Program-made: the position numbers and the translations under genes
IMG/VR virus record: IMGVR_UViG_3300011989_000011
Coordinates: 12,252-76,251 of that record
DNA from: a virus
Taxonomy: Duplodnaviria > Caudoviricetes
Reading direction: 5' to 3' (one strand)
Length of the DNA stretch: 64,000 bases
Notes under the pieces: generated by a model
The model's database searches: none
What the model was told of the DNA's origin: nothing
What the model saw: the letters and a program-made list of their open reading frames with translations, nothing else
Shown here: one piece after another, positions 63,926 to 64,000 of the stretch
Numbering within the stretch: the first letter of the stretch is position 1
Layout of the letters: every line of letters begins with the position of its first letter

Positions 63926-64000
63926 CGGAAAGACGGGGATTCGAACCCCGGATACCCTTTGGAGGTATACACGCTTTCCAGGCGTGCCTCTTAAGCCACT
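63926..64000 (-). tRNA. tRNA-Ser(GGA), 5' end beyond the window; likely integration site
   Basis: Reverse complement gives CACGC-CTGGAAA-GCGTG, a long variable arm, CGGGG-TTCGAAT-CCCCG and TCTTTCC-G. Confidence 0.92.

Larger units (their letters stand above)
1..63926. mobile_element. Integrated temperate long-tailed prophage of a Bacteroidales host; left end outside the window
   Basis: Terminase, portal, capsid, tail, tape measure, holin, endolysin and tyrosine integrase are all present, and the integrase abuts a tRNA 3' end. Confidence 0.95.

Overview
The window is almost entirely one temperate, long-tailed Bacteroidales (Prevotella-like) prophage. Host assignment rests on TTTG-N19/20-TAnnTTTG promoters and Bacteroidales-type genes. 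The right end is a tyrosine integrase beside the 3' end of a tRNA-Ser(GGA); the left end and replication module lie outside the window. Gene order: early/accessory genes; portal; a MuF head protein carrying a RelA/SpoT-like synthetase domain and a HExxH peptidase domain; more accessory cassettes (HD hydrolase, DUF2958, PcfK/PcfJ); a candidate DNA-modification cluster with atypical tRNAs; terminase; head, tail and tape measure; a complete diversity-generating retroelement (2350-aa target, Avd, TR, RT); lysis genes; integrase. Three observations stand out. (1) A candidate antisense-RNA network: four phased promoter cassettes and eight identical TAAGAGCAATG start sites have exact short complements in a promoter-driven sRNA candidate (30850), at 12191, and in the late-operon leader. 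(2) Two tRNAs with features predicted to weaken EF-Tu binding sit beside amidoligase/Mom-like GNAT, ParB and ATP-grasp genes, suggesting tRNA-dependent DNA hypermodification. (3) A tRNA-shaped RNA with a remodelled anticodon arm lies inside the tail operon. All protein-family calls come from motif recognition by eye; no database search was run.
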